From a virus: a stretch of 64,000 nt of DNA. Made by a program: the position numbers and the translations under genes. Below the pieces are notes generated by a model. That model did no database searches and was not told where the DNA came from. It was given only the letters and a program-made list of their open reading frames with translations. The stretch covers positions 1 through 64,000 of the IMG/VR virus record IMGVR_UViG_3300031649_000001; one strand, 5' to 3'. Below are positions 47,247-57,020 of the stretch, piece by piece (position 1 is the stretch's first letter; each line of letters starts with the position of its first letter).

Positions 47247-49094
47247 GTGAGCTTCATCAATGATCTTCTCAACCGGCTCGCAGATGTCCCGGCAGAGGAC
47301 CAGCCCGCAGTCATCCAGCAGCACCTCACGGAGCACCCCGAGGTCACGGCCGCAGAACTCAGCCAGGCCGTACTGGAGCTGTACGACGAGCTGTCCCCCG
47401 AGGACGCCGGACCCGCCAGCGAAGACGTCCTGGCCAAGCTGGAGACCCTGGCCCGGGTCGCCGACGGCATCGGGGTCGTCACCCAGCAGCAGGACGAGCG
47501 CTCCGCGCGCGCCGCCGAGATCGGCGAACGCCTGCGCGGCCTGCGCGAGCCCACCGCCGACACCACCGAAGACGGTGAAGGCGACGCCGACCCGGCTCCC
47601 GAAGCGGAGCTGACCCCCGAAGACGCAACCGCCGAGGACACCCCCGAGGAGCAGCCGGGGGACACCCCGGACGAGACCGAGGAGGGAGCCGGAGCCCAGG
47701 CACGAGAACTGGTGGCAGCCAACGTGAAGAACACCGCCCGCGTCCCGCTCGGCACCCGCCGGGGCGCCGTCCCCGCCACGCAGGAGGGCGACGGCCCGTC
47801 CCCCTTCGCGACGTACAACCTCATCGCCGCCGCCGACGTCCCCGAGTTCGCCACCGGCCAGGAGATGGAACACGGTCTGTCCGACGTGGCCCGCGCCTGG
47901 GAGAACCGGATGGGCCCGATGATCACGGGCAACGTCAACTCCGGCCGTGACGGCGAGCGCACCCGCGTGGGCCTGGCCCGGATCAAGCGCAAGGTGGACG
48001 ACGCCTTCGTCATCCGGGAGGACGGCCGCCAGGCCGAGGAGGTCATCGCCCACGCCACCGACGAGTCCCGCCTGCCCGGCGGCTCCCTCGTGGCGGCGGC
48101 CGGATGGTGCGCCCCCAGCGAGCAGCTGTACGACCTCTGCCCCATCCGCATGACCGAAGAGGGCATGATCGACCTCCCGGCCGTGACGGCCAGGCGTGGG
48201 GGTATCCGCTACCCGGCCGACTTCGACTGGTCCGCGATCTGGGGCTCCACCGGCTTCTACCTCACCGAGGCCGAGGCCATCGCCGGGGTCGAGAAGTCCT
48301 GCGTCGAGGTCCCGTGCCCGCCGGAGTTCGAAGAGTGCCGCATGGACGTGAGCGGGCTCTGCATCCGGACGCCGATCCTGATGGAGCGCGGCTGGCCGGA
48401 GCGCGTGGAGCAGTTCATCCAGGGCTCGCTCCTGATCCACGCCCACAAGATGAACGCCCGCAAGCTGGCCAAGATGGAGGCCATGAGCACGGCGGTCACC
48501 TTCCCGGCCGTCGCCGACCCGGACCCCGCCGCCGCCATCGTCGACCCTCACGGCCCCGGTGCGGTGGAGTCGCTGCTGTCCATCCTGGAACTCCAGGTCC
48601 AGTACCAGCGCTACCACTGGCGCCTGTCGCAGAACGCCACGCTGGAGATGGTGGCGCCGTACTGGATGCGCGGCATCCTCAAGTCCGACCTGCGCAAGAA
48701 GCTCGGGATCGACAACCGGTGGAACGTCTCCGACTCCATGGTGGACGGCTACCTGCGCGCGGTCGGCGTCTCCCCCCAGTACGTCTACGACTGGCAGGAC
48801 GCCCTCAGCTCCGGCACGGCGAGCGACTTCGGCGGTGACGTGCCCACCGAGTGGCCCGACAGCGTCAAGTTCCTCCTGTACCCGGCGGGCACGTTCTTCC
48901 AGCTCCAGGCGGACGTCATCAACCTGGACGGCGTCTACGACCACGCCTCGCTGATCGAGAACATCTACACCGCCATCTTCACCGAGGAGGGCTGGCAGGT
49001 GTGCTCCCGCTGCCTCCAGTCGTACGTCGTCACGGTGCCGCTGTGCGCCAACGGCATCTCCGGCAGCCAGCAGCTCACCACCTGCTCGGCCTAG
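47247..49094 (+). CDS. major capsid protein (hexamer type) with N-terminal scaffold-like region
   Basis: SLVAAAGWCAPSE..YD, RGGIRYP and FTEEG motifs of cluster-B-like capsids; acidic helical N-terminus. Confidence 0.85.
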   Translation: MSFINDLLNRLADVPAEDQPAVIQQHLTEHPEVTAAELSQAVLELYDELSPEDAGPASEDVLAKLETLARVADGIGVVTQQQDERSARAAEIGERLRGLREPTADTTEDGEGDADPAPEAELTPEDATAEDTPEEQPGDTPDETEEGAGAQARELVAANVKNTARVPLGTRRGAVPATQEGDGPSPFATYNLIAAADVPEFATGQEMEHGLSDVARAWENRMGPMITGNVNSGRDGERTRVGLARIKRKVDDAFVIREDGRQAEEVIAHATDESRLPGGSLVAAAGWCAPSEQLYDLCPIRMTEEGMIDLPAVTARRGGIRYPADFDWSAIWGSTGFYLTEAEAIAGVEKSCVEVPCPPEFEECRMDVSGLCIRTPILMERGWPERVEQFIQGSLLIHAHKMNARKLAKMEAMSTAVTFPAVADPDPAAAIVDPHGPGAVESLLSILELQVQYQRYHWRLSQNATLEMVAPYWMRGILKSDLRKKLGIDNRWNVSDSMVDGYLRAVGVSPQYVYDWQDALSSGTASDFGGDVPTEWPDSVKFLLYPAGTFFQLQADVINLDGVYDHASLIENIYTAIFTEEGWQVCSRCLQSYVVTVPLCANGISGSQQLTTCSA

Positions 49095-49215
49095 CAGCAG
49101 ACCCGGCCGCCCGCCCGCCCGGCCGGGCGGCCGACTGGTGTGGCCGGGGTCCCCAGTCCCCGTTCTGGAGGCCCCGGCCGCTTCGCTCGCAGGCCCCTGA
49201 CGCAACGGAGACCCC

Positions 49216-50064
49216 GTGTCTACACCCACACCAGGCAAGACCTGGGTGGACTCGCCCCCACCCCTGGAGCCGTACCGATTCGGGCTGTTCTCCGTCGCGA
49301 GCATCACCGACGGCGAGGGGCCGTGGCAGCGCGCCGGAGTCGAGTACTTCACCGACCACTGCGCCCAGGGCGGCTACATCCTCGGGATGTGTCCGGCCCC
49401 GCTGGACCCCGGCCCCGGCACCACCCACGACAAGACCGTCTTCAGCGGCCCCGAACTCACCGAGGGCTCCAGCCCGTTCACCATCTACAGCCGTGCCGAG
49501 TGCAACGCCGTCGGGTTCGAGGACCCGCGCGGCATGGCCCTCACCCGGCTGGGCCTCATCGAGGAGCGCGAGGCGGAGAAGGCTTTCGCGGCGCTCCTGC
49601 TCGGCCTGGAGGACCCGCGCTACCCGCTGGGTGAGGCGGCCGAGGCCGTGGACCTCAAGGCCGCCCTGGGAGCGCTGGAGAAGGACGCCGCGCTCTTCTA
49701 CACCGGCGCGCCCACCCTCCACGCACCCCGCTGGACGCAGCCCTACTGGGACAGCCTCAACCTGCTCCAGCCCAACAGCGACACCGGCACCGTCCGCCGC
49801 ACCCACCTGGACTCCCGGGTCGCGTTCGGCGGCGGCTACCCGGACAACCCCTTCGACCCCGACGACCCCCCGGCCGCCGACACCTTCTGGCTCGTCGCGA
49901 CGGGCACGGTGCGCGGCTTCCGTGGCGCGGCCTTCGCGAACGAGACCTTCACGCAGACCGACAACACACGGATGGCCCTGGCCGAGCGCACGTACGCGAT
50001 GGACGCGGACTGCTACCGGGCGGCGGCGCTGGTGACCGTGGGAACCGTGGGAGGTGGGGCCTGA
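49216..50064 (+). CDS. second capsid protein (probable pentamer protein)
   Basis: GLFSVA, PFTIY...C, GGGY and ALAERTY; position right after the major capsid as in cluster-B phages. Confidence 0.65.
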   Translation: MSTPTPGKTWVDSPPPLEPYRFGLFSVASITDGEGPWQRAGVEYFTDHCAQGGYILGMCPAPLDPGPGTTHDKTVFSGPELTEGSSPFTIYSRAECNAVGFEDPRGMALTRLGLIEEREAEKAFAALLLGLEDPRYPLGEAAEAVDLKAALGALEKDAALFYTGAPTLHAPRWTQPYWDSLNLLQPNSDTGTVRRTHLDSRVAFGGGYPDNPFDPDDPPAADTFWLVATGTVRGFRGAAFANETFTQTDNTRMALAERTYAMDADCYRAAALVTVGTVGGGA

Positions 50065-50513
50065 TGGCCACCGGCGACTACACGCTGATCTACCCCACCC
50101 CGAAGGTGGGGCTGCCCCGGCTCACCCGCGCCGCGCTGGCGCTGGCCGGTTCGGCGTACGTGAGCGTCGTGTCCGGCGCGGGAAGCCAGGCGCTCCGGGT
50201 CCCCGCAGACCGGGCCGAGGCCATCTACGACCACGCCGGACTGACCGCCGACGGCGAGGACATCCACGACCCGCCGACCGATGCCGAGGTGGCCGCCCGG
50301 CCGCCGGAGAAGACCCCCGATCCCGCGTCGGGCCCGGTCGCGGAGAGCACCGGCCCCGACGCGCCCAAGCTGACCGCCGCCCCCACGCCCAAGGCAGCCC
50401 CGCCCGCCGCTACACCCGGCCGCCCGGCCGGGCGGGCGGGCGGCCGGACGGCCCGCAAGGCGGCCAAGAAGACCACCCCGCGCTCCACCGGCGCGCCCAA
50501 GAAGGAGGGATGA
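50064..50513 (+). CDS. hypothetical virion-region protein
   Basis: Coupled between the capsid and tail genes. Confidence 0.65.
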   Translation: MATGDYTLIYPTPKVGLPRLTRAALALAGSAYVSVVSGAGSQALRVPADRAEAIYDHAGLTADGEDIHDPPTDAEVAARPPEKTPDPASGPVAESTGPDAPKLTAAPTPKAAPPAATPGRPAGRAGGRTARKAAKKTTPRSTGAPKKEG

Positions 50514-50516
50514 CCA

Positions 50517-51983
50517 GTGGCGACAAGCTGCCCGAGCTTCCTGCGCGGCACGGCGATGCGCGTGACGCGGCTGGATGCCTGCGGCCGACCCGTCTACGGG
50601 GACGGGAACATGGTGGTCAGTGACGGGTTCGTCACGGCCACCCTGTCGGCCGAGGTGCAGGAGGGTGACGCCATCACCGTCACCAAGGCCAACGGCCAGA
50701 CCTGCATCAACGAGCCCGGCGAAGACCAGCTCCAGTGGTACACGACGGAGATCGAGTTCTGCCAGGTCGACCCCGACCTGATCCAGATCATGAACCAGTC
50801 GTGGGACAAGGTCCTGGACGCCCAGGGCAACGTGATCGGCTACAACGCCAACGGCACCCTCTCCGGCGACGGCTTCGCGCTGGAGATCTGGATGGACACC
50901 TACGGCACCGGCGACGCCTGCTCCGGCGACACCGCCCAGGGCTCGTGGGGCTACATCCTGCTGCCGTGGGTCAAGGGCGGCGCGCCCGGTGATATCGAGA
51001 TCGGCAACGACGCGATCTCCTTCACCTTCAACGGCAAGACCAAGGTCGGCTCCGCCTGGCGGCGCGGCCCCTACGCCGTGCAGCTCCAGGCCAACGGCGC
51101 ACCCGGCCCGCTCCTCCAGCCCATCGGCGACAACACCCACTACCGGCTCTTCGAGACCACGCTCCGCCCGCCGGAGCCGGAGTGCGGAGCTCAGCCGGTG
51201 GACCGCCCGACTCCGGAGGTGGCCGAGCTGACCATCACCGGCGTGGCCGGGGAGAGCCCCCGCCGTACCGTCCGCCTGCGCGCGGACAACCACGGCTTCG
51301 GCCCGGTGACCATCGACTGGGGCGACGCCTCCACGGACACCATCGCCAGCGACGGCGCCTGGGTGACGCACACCTACGCCGCCGACGGCGAGTACACCAT
51401 CACCGTCCGGGACCAGCAGACCCCGGCCGTCACGGTGACCAAGGACATCACCGTCCCGCTCCCCGCCGACGACCCGATCCTCACGCTGACCGCCGACGAC
51501 CCCGAGGACCGGTACACCGTGACCGCCACGGTGACGCTGCCGGAGCAGTCCTCCGGCGTGGCGAACATCGACTGGGGCGACGGCACCGACCCCGAAGAGG
51601 TCACCGTCGGCGTGGACGGCACCGTCGACGTCACCCACACCTACACGGCGGCCGGGGTCTACACGGTCACCGTGCGCCGGGCGGACGTGGAGACCTACCG
51701 CGCCCGCGAAGCCGTCGCGGTCCCGGTCCAGGACGACCCGACCGTGACCTTCGCCGAGGACACCGCCGACGCCACCGCCCACACGGTCGAGCTGACCTGG
51801 GACAACGCCCCCAACGGCCCCGTGAGCATCAACTGGGGCGACGGCACGGTGGTGGACCAGACCGAGGACGGCACCGACGTGACGCACCTGTACGCCACCA
51901 ACGGCAGCAAGACGGTGACCGTGACCAGCAAGGCGAACGCTGCGGCGTCCACCAGCGTCACCTTCACCATCCCGTTCCCGTAG
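50517..51983 (+). CDS. major tail protein with three C-terminal PKD-like domains
   Basis: RVTRLDACG, FCQVDP and FALEIW; three I(D/N)WGD...TH.YA repeats. Confidence 0.8.
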   Translation: MATSCPSFLRGTAMRVTRLDACGRPVYGDGNMVVSDGFVTATLSAEVQEGDAITVTKANGQTCINEPGEDQLQWYTTEIEFCQVDPDLIQIMNQSWDKVLDAQGNVIGYNANGTLSGDGFALEIWMDTYGTGDACSGDTAQGSWGYILLPWVKGGAPGDIEIGNDAISFTFNGKTKVGSAWRRGPYAVQLQANGAPGPLLQPIGDNTHYRLFETTLRPPEPECGAQPVDRPTPEVAELTITGVAGESPRRTVRLRADNHGFGPVTIDWGDASTDTIASDGAWVTHTYAADGEYTITVRDQQTPAVTVTKDITVPLPADDPILTLTADDPEDRYTVTATVTLPEQSSGVANIDWGDGTDPEEVTVGVDGTVDVTHTYTAAGVYTVTVRRADVETYRAREAVAVPVQDDPTVTFAEDTADATAHTVELTWDNAPNGPVSINWGDGTVVDQTEDGTDVTHLYATNGSKTVTVTSKANAAASTSVTFTIPFP

Positions 51984-52113
51984 GCCCACCAGCCCCCGCC
52001 CGGCCGCCCGGCCGGGCGGGCGGCCGACCCCCTGTCCGCCCACGACCCAGACCCCCGGCGCCGCCTTCTATCCCACGGGCGGCGGCGCCGGGCCCCACTC
52101 CCAGGAGGCAGCC

Positions 52114-52686
52114 ATGGCTGGCGTCAAGATCATCGCCACTCAGGAGACCATGCAGCAGATCGCCCAGCAGCTCGTCTGCTGGGACAACGGCACCGGCTCC
52201 AAGCAGAACATCATCTACCGCACCGACGGCAACCTGCCGTACTTCGAGATCCCGGCGGGAGTCTGCGACGGCGCGCCCGCGCTCACGCTGACCCCCGGCG
52301 GCGCGACCATCACCTGCCCGGACGAGGGCGCGACCACCATCGTGCAGCCGACGGACGCCGAGGTGAGCGGCGTGAACCCCAACAGCTGCACGCTCATCGG
52401 GCCCCCGACCACCCTCGCGGTGGAGGGCACCCCCACCACCACCGCCATCACCGTGGACTGGGTCGCCCCGGCCGGTGCGGCACCCACCGGCTACCGGCTG
52501 GCCTACCGCGCCGACGGCTCCAGCGGCGCGTGGACCTACATCACGGTGGGGGCGGGGGTCCTCACGGCCACCGCGACCGGCCTGACCATCGACACGGACT
52601 ACGACTTCAAGGTGCAGGCCCTCCACGGCACCTACAGCTCCGCGTTCACCTCGCCCGACGTCACCATCTCCACCGCCGCCGCCTGA
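52114..52686 (+). CDS. fibronectin type III domain protein
   Basis: P..L...T..AITVDW.AP...TGYRL...TGL...TDYDFKVQA. Confidence 0.75.
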   Translation: MAGVKIIATQETMQQIAQQLVCWDNGTGSKQNIIYRTDGNLPYFEIPAGVCDGAPALTLTPGGATITCPDEGATTIVQPTDAEVSGVNPNSCTLIGPPTTLAVEGTPTTTAITVDWVAPAGAAPTGYRLAYRADGSSGAWTYITVGAGVLTATATGLTIDTDYDFKVQALHGTYSSAFTSPDVTISTAAA

Positions 52687-52761
52687 TCCCATCCACGCAG
52701 ATCGACCCTCCGGGCGGGCGGCTGACCGGCCGCCCGCCCGGCCGTACGTCCTGGAGGCGCC

Positions 52762-55700
52762 GTGGCTCTGGCCGAGTACGACGACGTGTACTGGTTTCCG
52801 GACGGGACGCTCGCCCGGAACATTCCCGCGCGCGTCTTCCCGGAGCACTCCAACGAGTTCGCGACCCTCTACACCGACGCCACCGGCGACACCGAACTCC
52901 CCAATCCCCTCAACACCGACAACGACGGCCGCCTCACCTTCTGGGCCGAAGCGGGGATCTACTGGATCCACATCGACAGCGAGTCCATCCGCGTCGGCGT
53001 CGGCACCAGCGAAGAGGGCGTGACCCCGGCGCAGGTCGCGGCGGCCATCGCCGCACACAACGCCGACCACACCGACGTCCACGGCATCGTGGAGACGGCG
53101 GACCTGGCCACGGATGCGGAGCTGGCCGCACACGCGGCCGACACCACGAGCGTGCACGGCATCGCCAACACGGCGCTGCTGGAGACGCAGGCCGGGGCAC
53201 AGGCGAAGGCGGACGCGGCTCAGGCGGCGGCCGAGGCGAACGCCAGCGCCGACGCCGCCGGGCAGATCTCCGAGGCGCGCGGCGAGCTGGAGGAGGACAT
53301 CGCCGCCGGGGACGCCGCGCAGGCTGCGGCGCTGGCCGCGCACGCCGCCGACACGACCAACGTCCACGGCATCCCCGACACGGCCAACATCCCCACGAAC
53401 GCCGAGTTCGAGCAGGTCCAGGCGGACCTCGCCGCGCACGAGGCCGACACCACGGCGGTGCACGGCATCGCGAACACGGCCGACCTGGCCACCGACGCGG
53501 ATGTGGCTGCGGTGGCGTCGGGCCTGGCCGATCACGTCGCCGACACGACCGGCGTCCACGGCATCGCCAACACCGCCGACCTGCTCACGACCGCGGACCT
53601 TGAGCAGTACGCCACCGACGCGGAGCTGGCCGCTCACGTCGCCGACACCACGGCGGTCCACGGCATCACGGACACGGCCGACCTGGTCACGAGCGCGGAT
53701 CTGGCCGGGCTGGCGACGGACGCCGAGGTGGCCGCCGTCCAGGGCAACCTGGACGCGCACGCCGCCGACACCACGGCGGTGCACGGCATCGCGAACACGG
53801 CCGACCTGGTGACGGATGCGGATCTGGCCGGGCTGGCGACTGAGGCCGCCCTGGAAGCCCACGCCAGCGCCACCACCGACGTCCACGGCATCACCGACAC
53901 CGGCGACCTGCTGACCCAGGCCGACCTGGACGAGTACGCCACGGACGCGGAGCTGGCCGCGCACGCGGCCGACACCACGGCGGTCCACGGCATCGCGAAC
54001 ACCGCCGACCTGGAGACGGCCACCGGCGCCCAGACCAAGGCCGACGCCGCCCGTGACGCGGCCATCGCCGACGCCGCCACCAAGTACCTCAACCGGCTCA
54101 CCGGCGGCACCGTGACCGGCGACGTGATCATTGAGGGGGCGAACCTCACCGTCCAGAAGCCGGACGACGCGGGCGGCTACCGGCTGCGCACCACCGGCTC
54201 CTCCAACGACCTGGACGTCTCCCTCGAAACGTTCGTGTCGTTCTTCGCGAACCCGGACTTCTCGGGGACGCAGACGCCGCTCATGCGGTGGGAGGCCGCC
54301 GGGCCTCACCTCATCGGGCACGTGCAGATCGGCTCCAACCCCTACGACTCCGTCTTCGACTTCGACGCTGCTGCCGCCGCCGCCACCTTCAACGGGGACC
54401 TCACCGTCACCGGCGCCCTGAACGCCAACGGGGTGACGGACTGGATCAACGCCAGGACCCACGGCGCCACCGGCGATGACGTCACCGACGACATCGACGC
54501 CCTGGAAGACGCCGTGCAGGCGTGCCCGCTGGGCGGTGTGGTCTACCTGCCCAACGGCCGCTACCGCACCTCGCGGACGCTGTACGTGCCGCCCGGGGTG
54601 ACGGTGATGATGCCCCACGCCAACCTGATGGCGGTGCCGGGCATCACCGACCCGCCGTGCTCCATCAAGCCGCTCGATGAGTTCACCGGCCCGGCCGCCA
54701 TCGGGTTCCTCAACCAGACGGCAGGCGGCTACCCGGCCATCCCCGCAGAACACCGCCTGGTCAACGTGATGATCGACGGCTCCGCCTACACGGCCGCCGC
54801 GCTCGACGGCATCCAGGCGAAGGGGAACATCCAGAACATCTGCATGTACGGCTGCACCATCCGCTACATGTCCGGCAATGGCATCTACACCGACATCGGC
54901 GCCGACAGCGTGTTCCCGTACTCGTGGCGCCTCTACAGGGTCATGATCGACAACTGCGACGGGCACGGCTTCGCGTTCAACGTGATGACCGACATCACCC
55001 TTTTCGACTGCCAGTCCATCGGCAACGGGGCGAACGGCTTCTACCTGCGCAACCTGGCCAACTCGCAGATGTCGCTGTGCCGGGCGGAGTGGAACGGCAA
55101 CCACGGCTACGCCTTCACCGGCGACTGGGGCGAAGGCGCCGGTGCGGGGGCGCTGGTGGCGTCGGGCTGTTCCACGGACCGCAACGGCTGGGACGGCATC
55201 CACGTGGATGCGACCGGCACCACACCCATCGTGTTCAACGGGCTCATGCTGAGGCGCGACGGCCGCAACAACGGCGCCGGGGGCGGCGGGTACGCGGCCC
55301 TGGCCACCTACGCGGCCACCATCCCCATCGTGGTGGACGGACTGACCGTCTACCCGGGCACCGACGACAACGGCACCGGCACCTCATCCCCGGAGATGGG
55401 CGTCAACCTCCAGGCCGTCACCGAGGCGTTCACCCTCGACAATGCATATATCCACGTAGCCACGACCCCGCTCAACGACGACGGCACCAACCTCCGCGTC
55501 CAGCTCGGCCCGAACATCATCCGCGCCACCGGCCCCACCACCGCCCCCGTAGTGGCGCCGGTGTCGGCGTGGAACTGGGCCGGGACGGCGACCGCCCAGC
55601 AGGAGGCCGCCGCCGACAACGTCCTGGAGACGCTGATCGCGGGCGAGGACTTCCCCCGCTCGGTCATCCGCGCGGATGGAATGGTGGTGTTCGGCGGCGG

Positions 55701-56100
55701 CACCGTCGCGCCGGACACACCGGGCTGGTACCGCGAGATCGGGGGCAACCTCAAGACCGACTCCTACGTGAACATGAACTCCGGCGGCCAGTCCGGCGGC
55801 CCCTTCACCTCCTGGGCGGCCGACCCCAAGGCGCTGCGGGCGGGCGCCGGAGGCGGCGGACTGTCCGTCGCCGAGGGCGCCAACGGCCGCCTGGGGGTTG
55901 CCACGCTGGTGGCCGGGACCGTGACCGTGGCCAACACCAGCATCACCGCCACCAGCCGGATCTTCATCACGCGGTCCGCCGCCGGGGGCACCCTCGGCCA
56001 CCTCACCGTCACCAAGAACGCGGGCGTGGGCTTCACCGTCACCAGCTCCAGCCCGACCGAGACATCCACCGTGGAGTGGTTCGCGGTGGAGCCGTCGTAG
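52762..56100 (+). CDS. fibre/spike protein: His-repeat shaft plus right-handed beta-helix (pectate-lyase-like) domain
   Basis: Nine HxADTTxVHGI repeats; HGATGDDVTDD...VYLPNGRY; GN/G-rich coils. Confidence 0.8.
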   Translation: MALAEYDDVYWFPDGTLARNIPARVFPEHSNEFATLYTDATGDTELPNPLNTDNDGRLTFWAEAGIYWIHIDSESIRVGVGTSEEGVTPAQVAAAIAAHNADHTDVHGIVETADLATDAELAAHAADTTSVHGIANTALLETQAGAQAKADAAQAAAEANASADAAGQISEARGELEEDIAAGDAAQAAALAAHAADTTNVHGIPDTANIPTNAEFEQVQADLAAHEADTTAVHGIANTADLATDADVAAVASGLADHVADTTGVHGIANTADLLTTADLEQYATDAELAAHVADTTAVHGITDTADLVTSADLAGLATDAEVAAVQGNLDAHAADTTAVHGIANTADLVTDADLAGLATEAALEAHASATTDVHGITDTGDLLTQADLDEYATDAELAAHAADTTAVHGIANTADLETATGAQTKADAARDAAIADAATKYLNRLTGGTVTGDVIIEGANLTVQKPDDAGGYRLRTTGSSNDLDVSLETFVSFFANPDFSGTQTPLMRWEAAGPHLIGHVQIGSNPYDSVFDFDAAAAAATFNGDLTVTGALNANGVTDWINARTHGATGDDVTDDIDALEDAVQACPLGGVVYLPNGRYRTSRTLYVPPGVTVMMPHANLMAVPGITDPPCSIKPLDEFTGPAAIGFLNQTAGGYPAIPAEHRLVNVMIDGSAYTAAALDGIQAKGNIQNICMYGCTIRYMSGNGIYTDIGADSVFPYSWRLYRVMIDNCDGHGFAFNVMTDITLFDCQSIGNGANGFYLRNLANSQMSLCRAEWNGNHGYAFTGDWGEGAGAGALVASGCSTDRNGWDGIHVDATGTTPIVFNGLMLRRDGRNNGAGGGGYAALATYAATIPIVVDGLTVYPGTDDNGTGTSSPEMGVNLQAVTEAFTLDNAYIHVATTPLNDDGTNLRVQLGPNIIRATGPTTAPVVAPVSAWNWAGTATAQQEAAADNVLETLIAGEDFPRSVIRADGMVVFGGGTVAPDTPGWYREIGGNLKTDSYVNMNSGGQSGGPFTSWAADPKALRAGAGGGGLSVAEGANGRLGVATLVAGTVTVANTSITATSRIFITRSAAGGTLGHLTVTKNAGVGFTVTSSSPTETSTVEWFAVEPS
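53050..54012 (+). repeat. nine intragenic AAHAADTTAVHGIANTADL repeats
   Basis: Direct reading of the protein and DNA (gccgacaccacggcggtccacggcatc variants). Confidence 0.9.
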
Positions 56101-56141
56101 CCTGACCGGACCAACCTGAACCGCCGACCGGGGGAGGCCCA

Positions 56142-57020
56142 ATGCCCGTCATCAACCCCACCGTCCCCGGCCCCATCACACCGGACGGCTCGGGACCGTG
56201 CGCGTGGCCGCTGGACACCGCGTGCGCCCCGGAGTTCCCGCCGCTCGTGGCCGACTGGACCCCTCAGCACGTCCTTGCCGTGGAGATCGCCACGGAGCTG
56301 CTGTGGGCGCGTACCGCCGGGCGGTACGGGCTGTGCCCGGAGCTGATCCGGCCGTGCCGCCGGGCGTGCTCCCCCGACCGCCACGGGACCGGCTGGCTCT
56401 GGGACCCCCAGCAGACCGCCCCCCTCAACCCCTACCTGGACGAGCGCGGCAAGTGGTTCAACTTCGGGTGCGGGTGCTCCCGGGAGAACTGCGGCTGCAA
56501 GCCCCTGTGCACCATCCGCCTGCCCGGCCCGGTCAACGCGGTGGTGGAGGTCCGCGTGGACGGGGAGGTGCTCCCGCCCGACGAATACGTGCTCCACCGG
56601 CGCTCCGGCTACGGCGACCTGATCCGCAAGGGCGGCCTGGAGGGCGAGTGCTGGCCGACCTGTCAAGACCTGGAGAAGGACGTCACCGAACCCGGAACGT
56701 TCTCCGTGCTGTACCTGCGCGGGAAGGCCGTCCCCGCCGCCGGGATGCGCGCGCTCGGCTCCCTCGCCAACGAGATCTACAAGCAGTGCACCGGCGCCCG
56801 GGGCTGCCGCCTGCCGGAGCGGGTCCAGACCGTCACGAGGGAGGGCGTCACGTACGAGATGTTCGACCCCGGGGAGTGGCTGGACAAGGGCTACACCGGC
56901 CTGCGCGACGTGGACACGTGGATCGCCACGGTGAACCCCAACAGCCTGCGCCAGCCCAGCGCCGTGTTCAGCCTCGACCTTGACCCGGCGCCGTGGGCGC
57001 AGCGAGGAGACCAGCCGTGA
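56142..57020 (+). CDS. head-to-tail adaptor
   Basis: LW..T..RYG.C...RPC, L.R.....WP.CQD and VTREGVT...TGL..VD.WI..VNP. Confidence 0.7.
   Translation: MPVINPTVPGPITPDGSGPCAWPLDTACAPEFPPLVADWTPQHVLAVEIATELLWARTAGRYGLCPELIRPCRRACSPDRHGTGWLWDPQQTAPLNPYLDERGKWFNFGCGCSRENCGCKPLCTIRLPGPVNAVVEVRVDGEVLPPDEYVLHRRSGYGDLIRKGGLEGECWPTCQDLEKDVTEPGTFSVLYLRGKAVPAAGMRALGSLANEIYKQCTGARGCRLPERVQTVTREGVTYEMFDPGEWLDKGYTGLRDVDTWIATVNPNSLRQPSAVFSLDLDPAPWAQRGDQP

Noticed and set aside
53050-54012. Fibre repeats as a diversity-generating retroelement TR/VR pair
   Set aside because: In-frame protein repeats with no adenine-specific variation, and no reverse transcriptase was seen.
51964-55203. Very long antisense or alternate-frame ORFs (also 6994-9330, 10473-12698, 28370-30742, 39211-41886 and most of 46614-49352)
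   Set aside because: These are shadow ORFs of high-GC genes. The overlapping frames have GC3 bias, RBSs and recognisable motifs.
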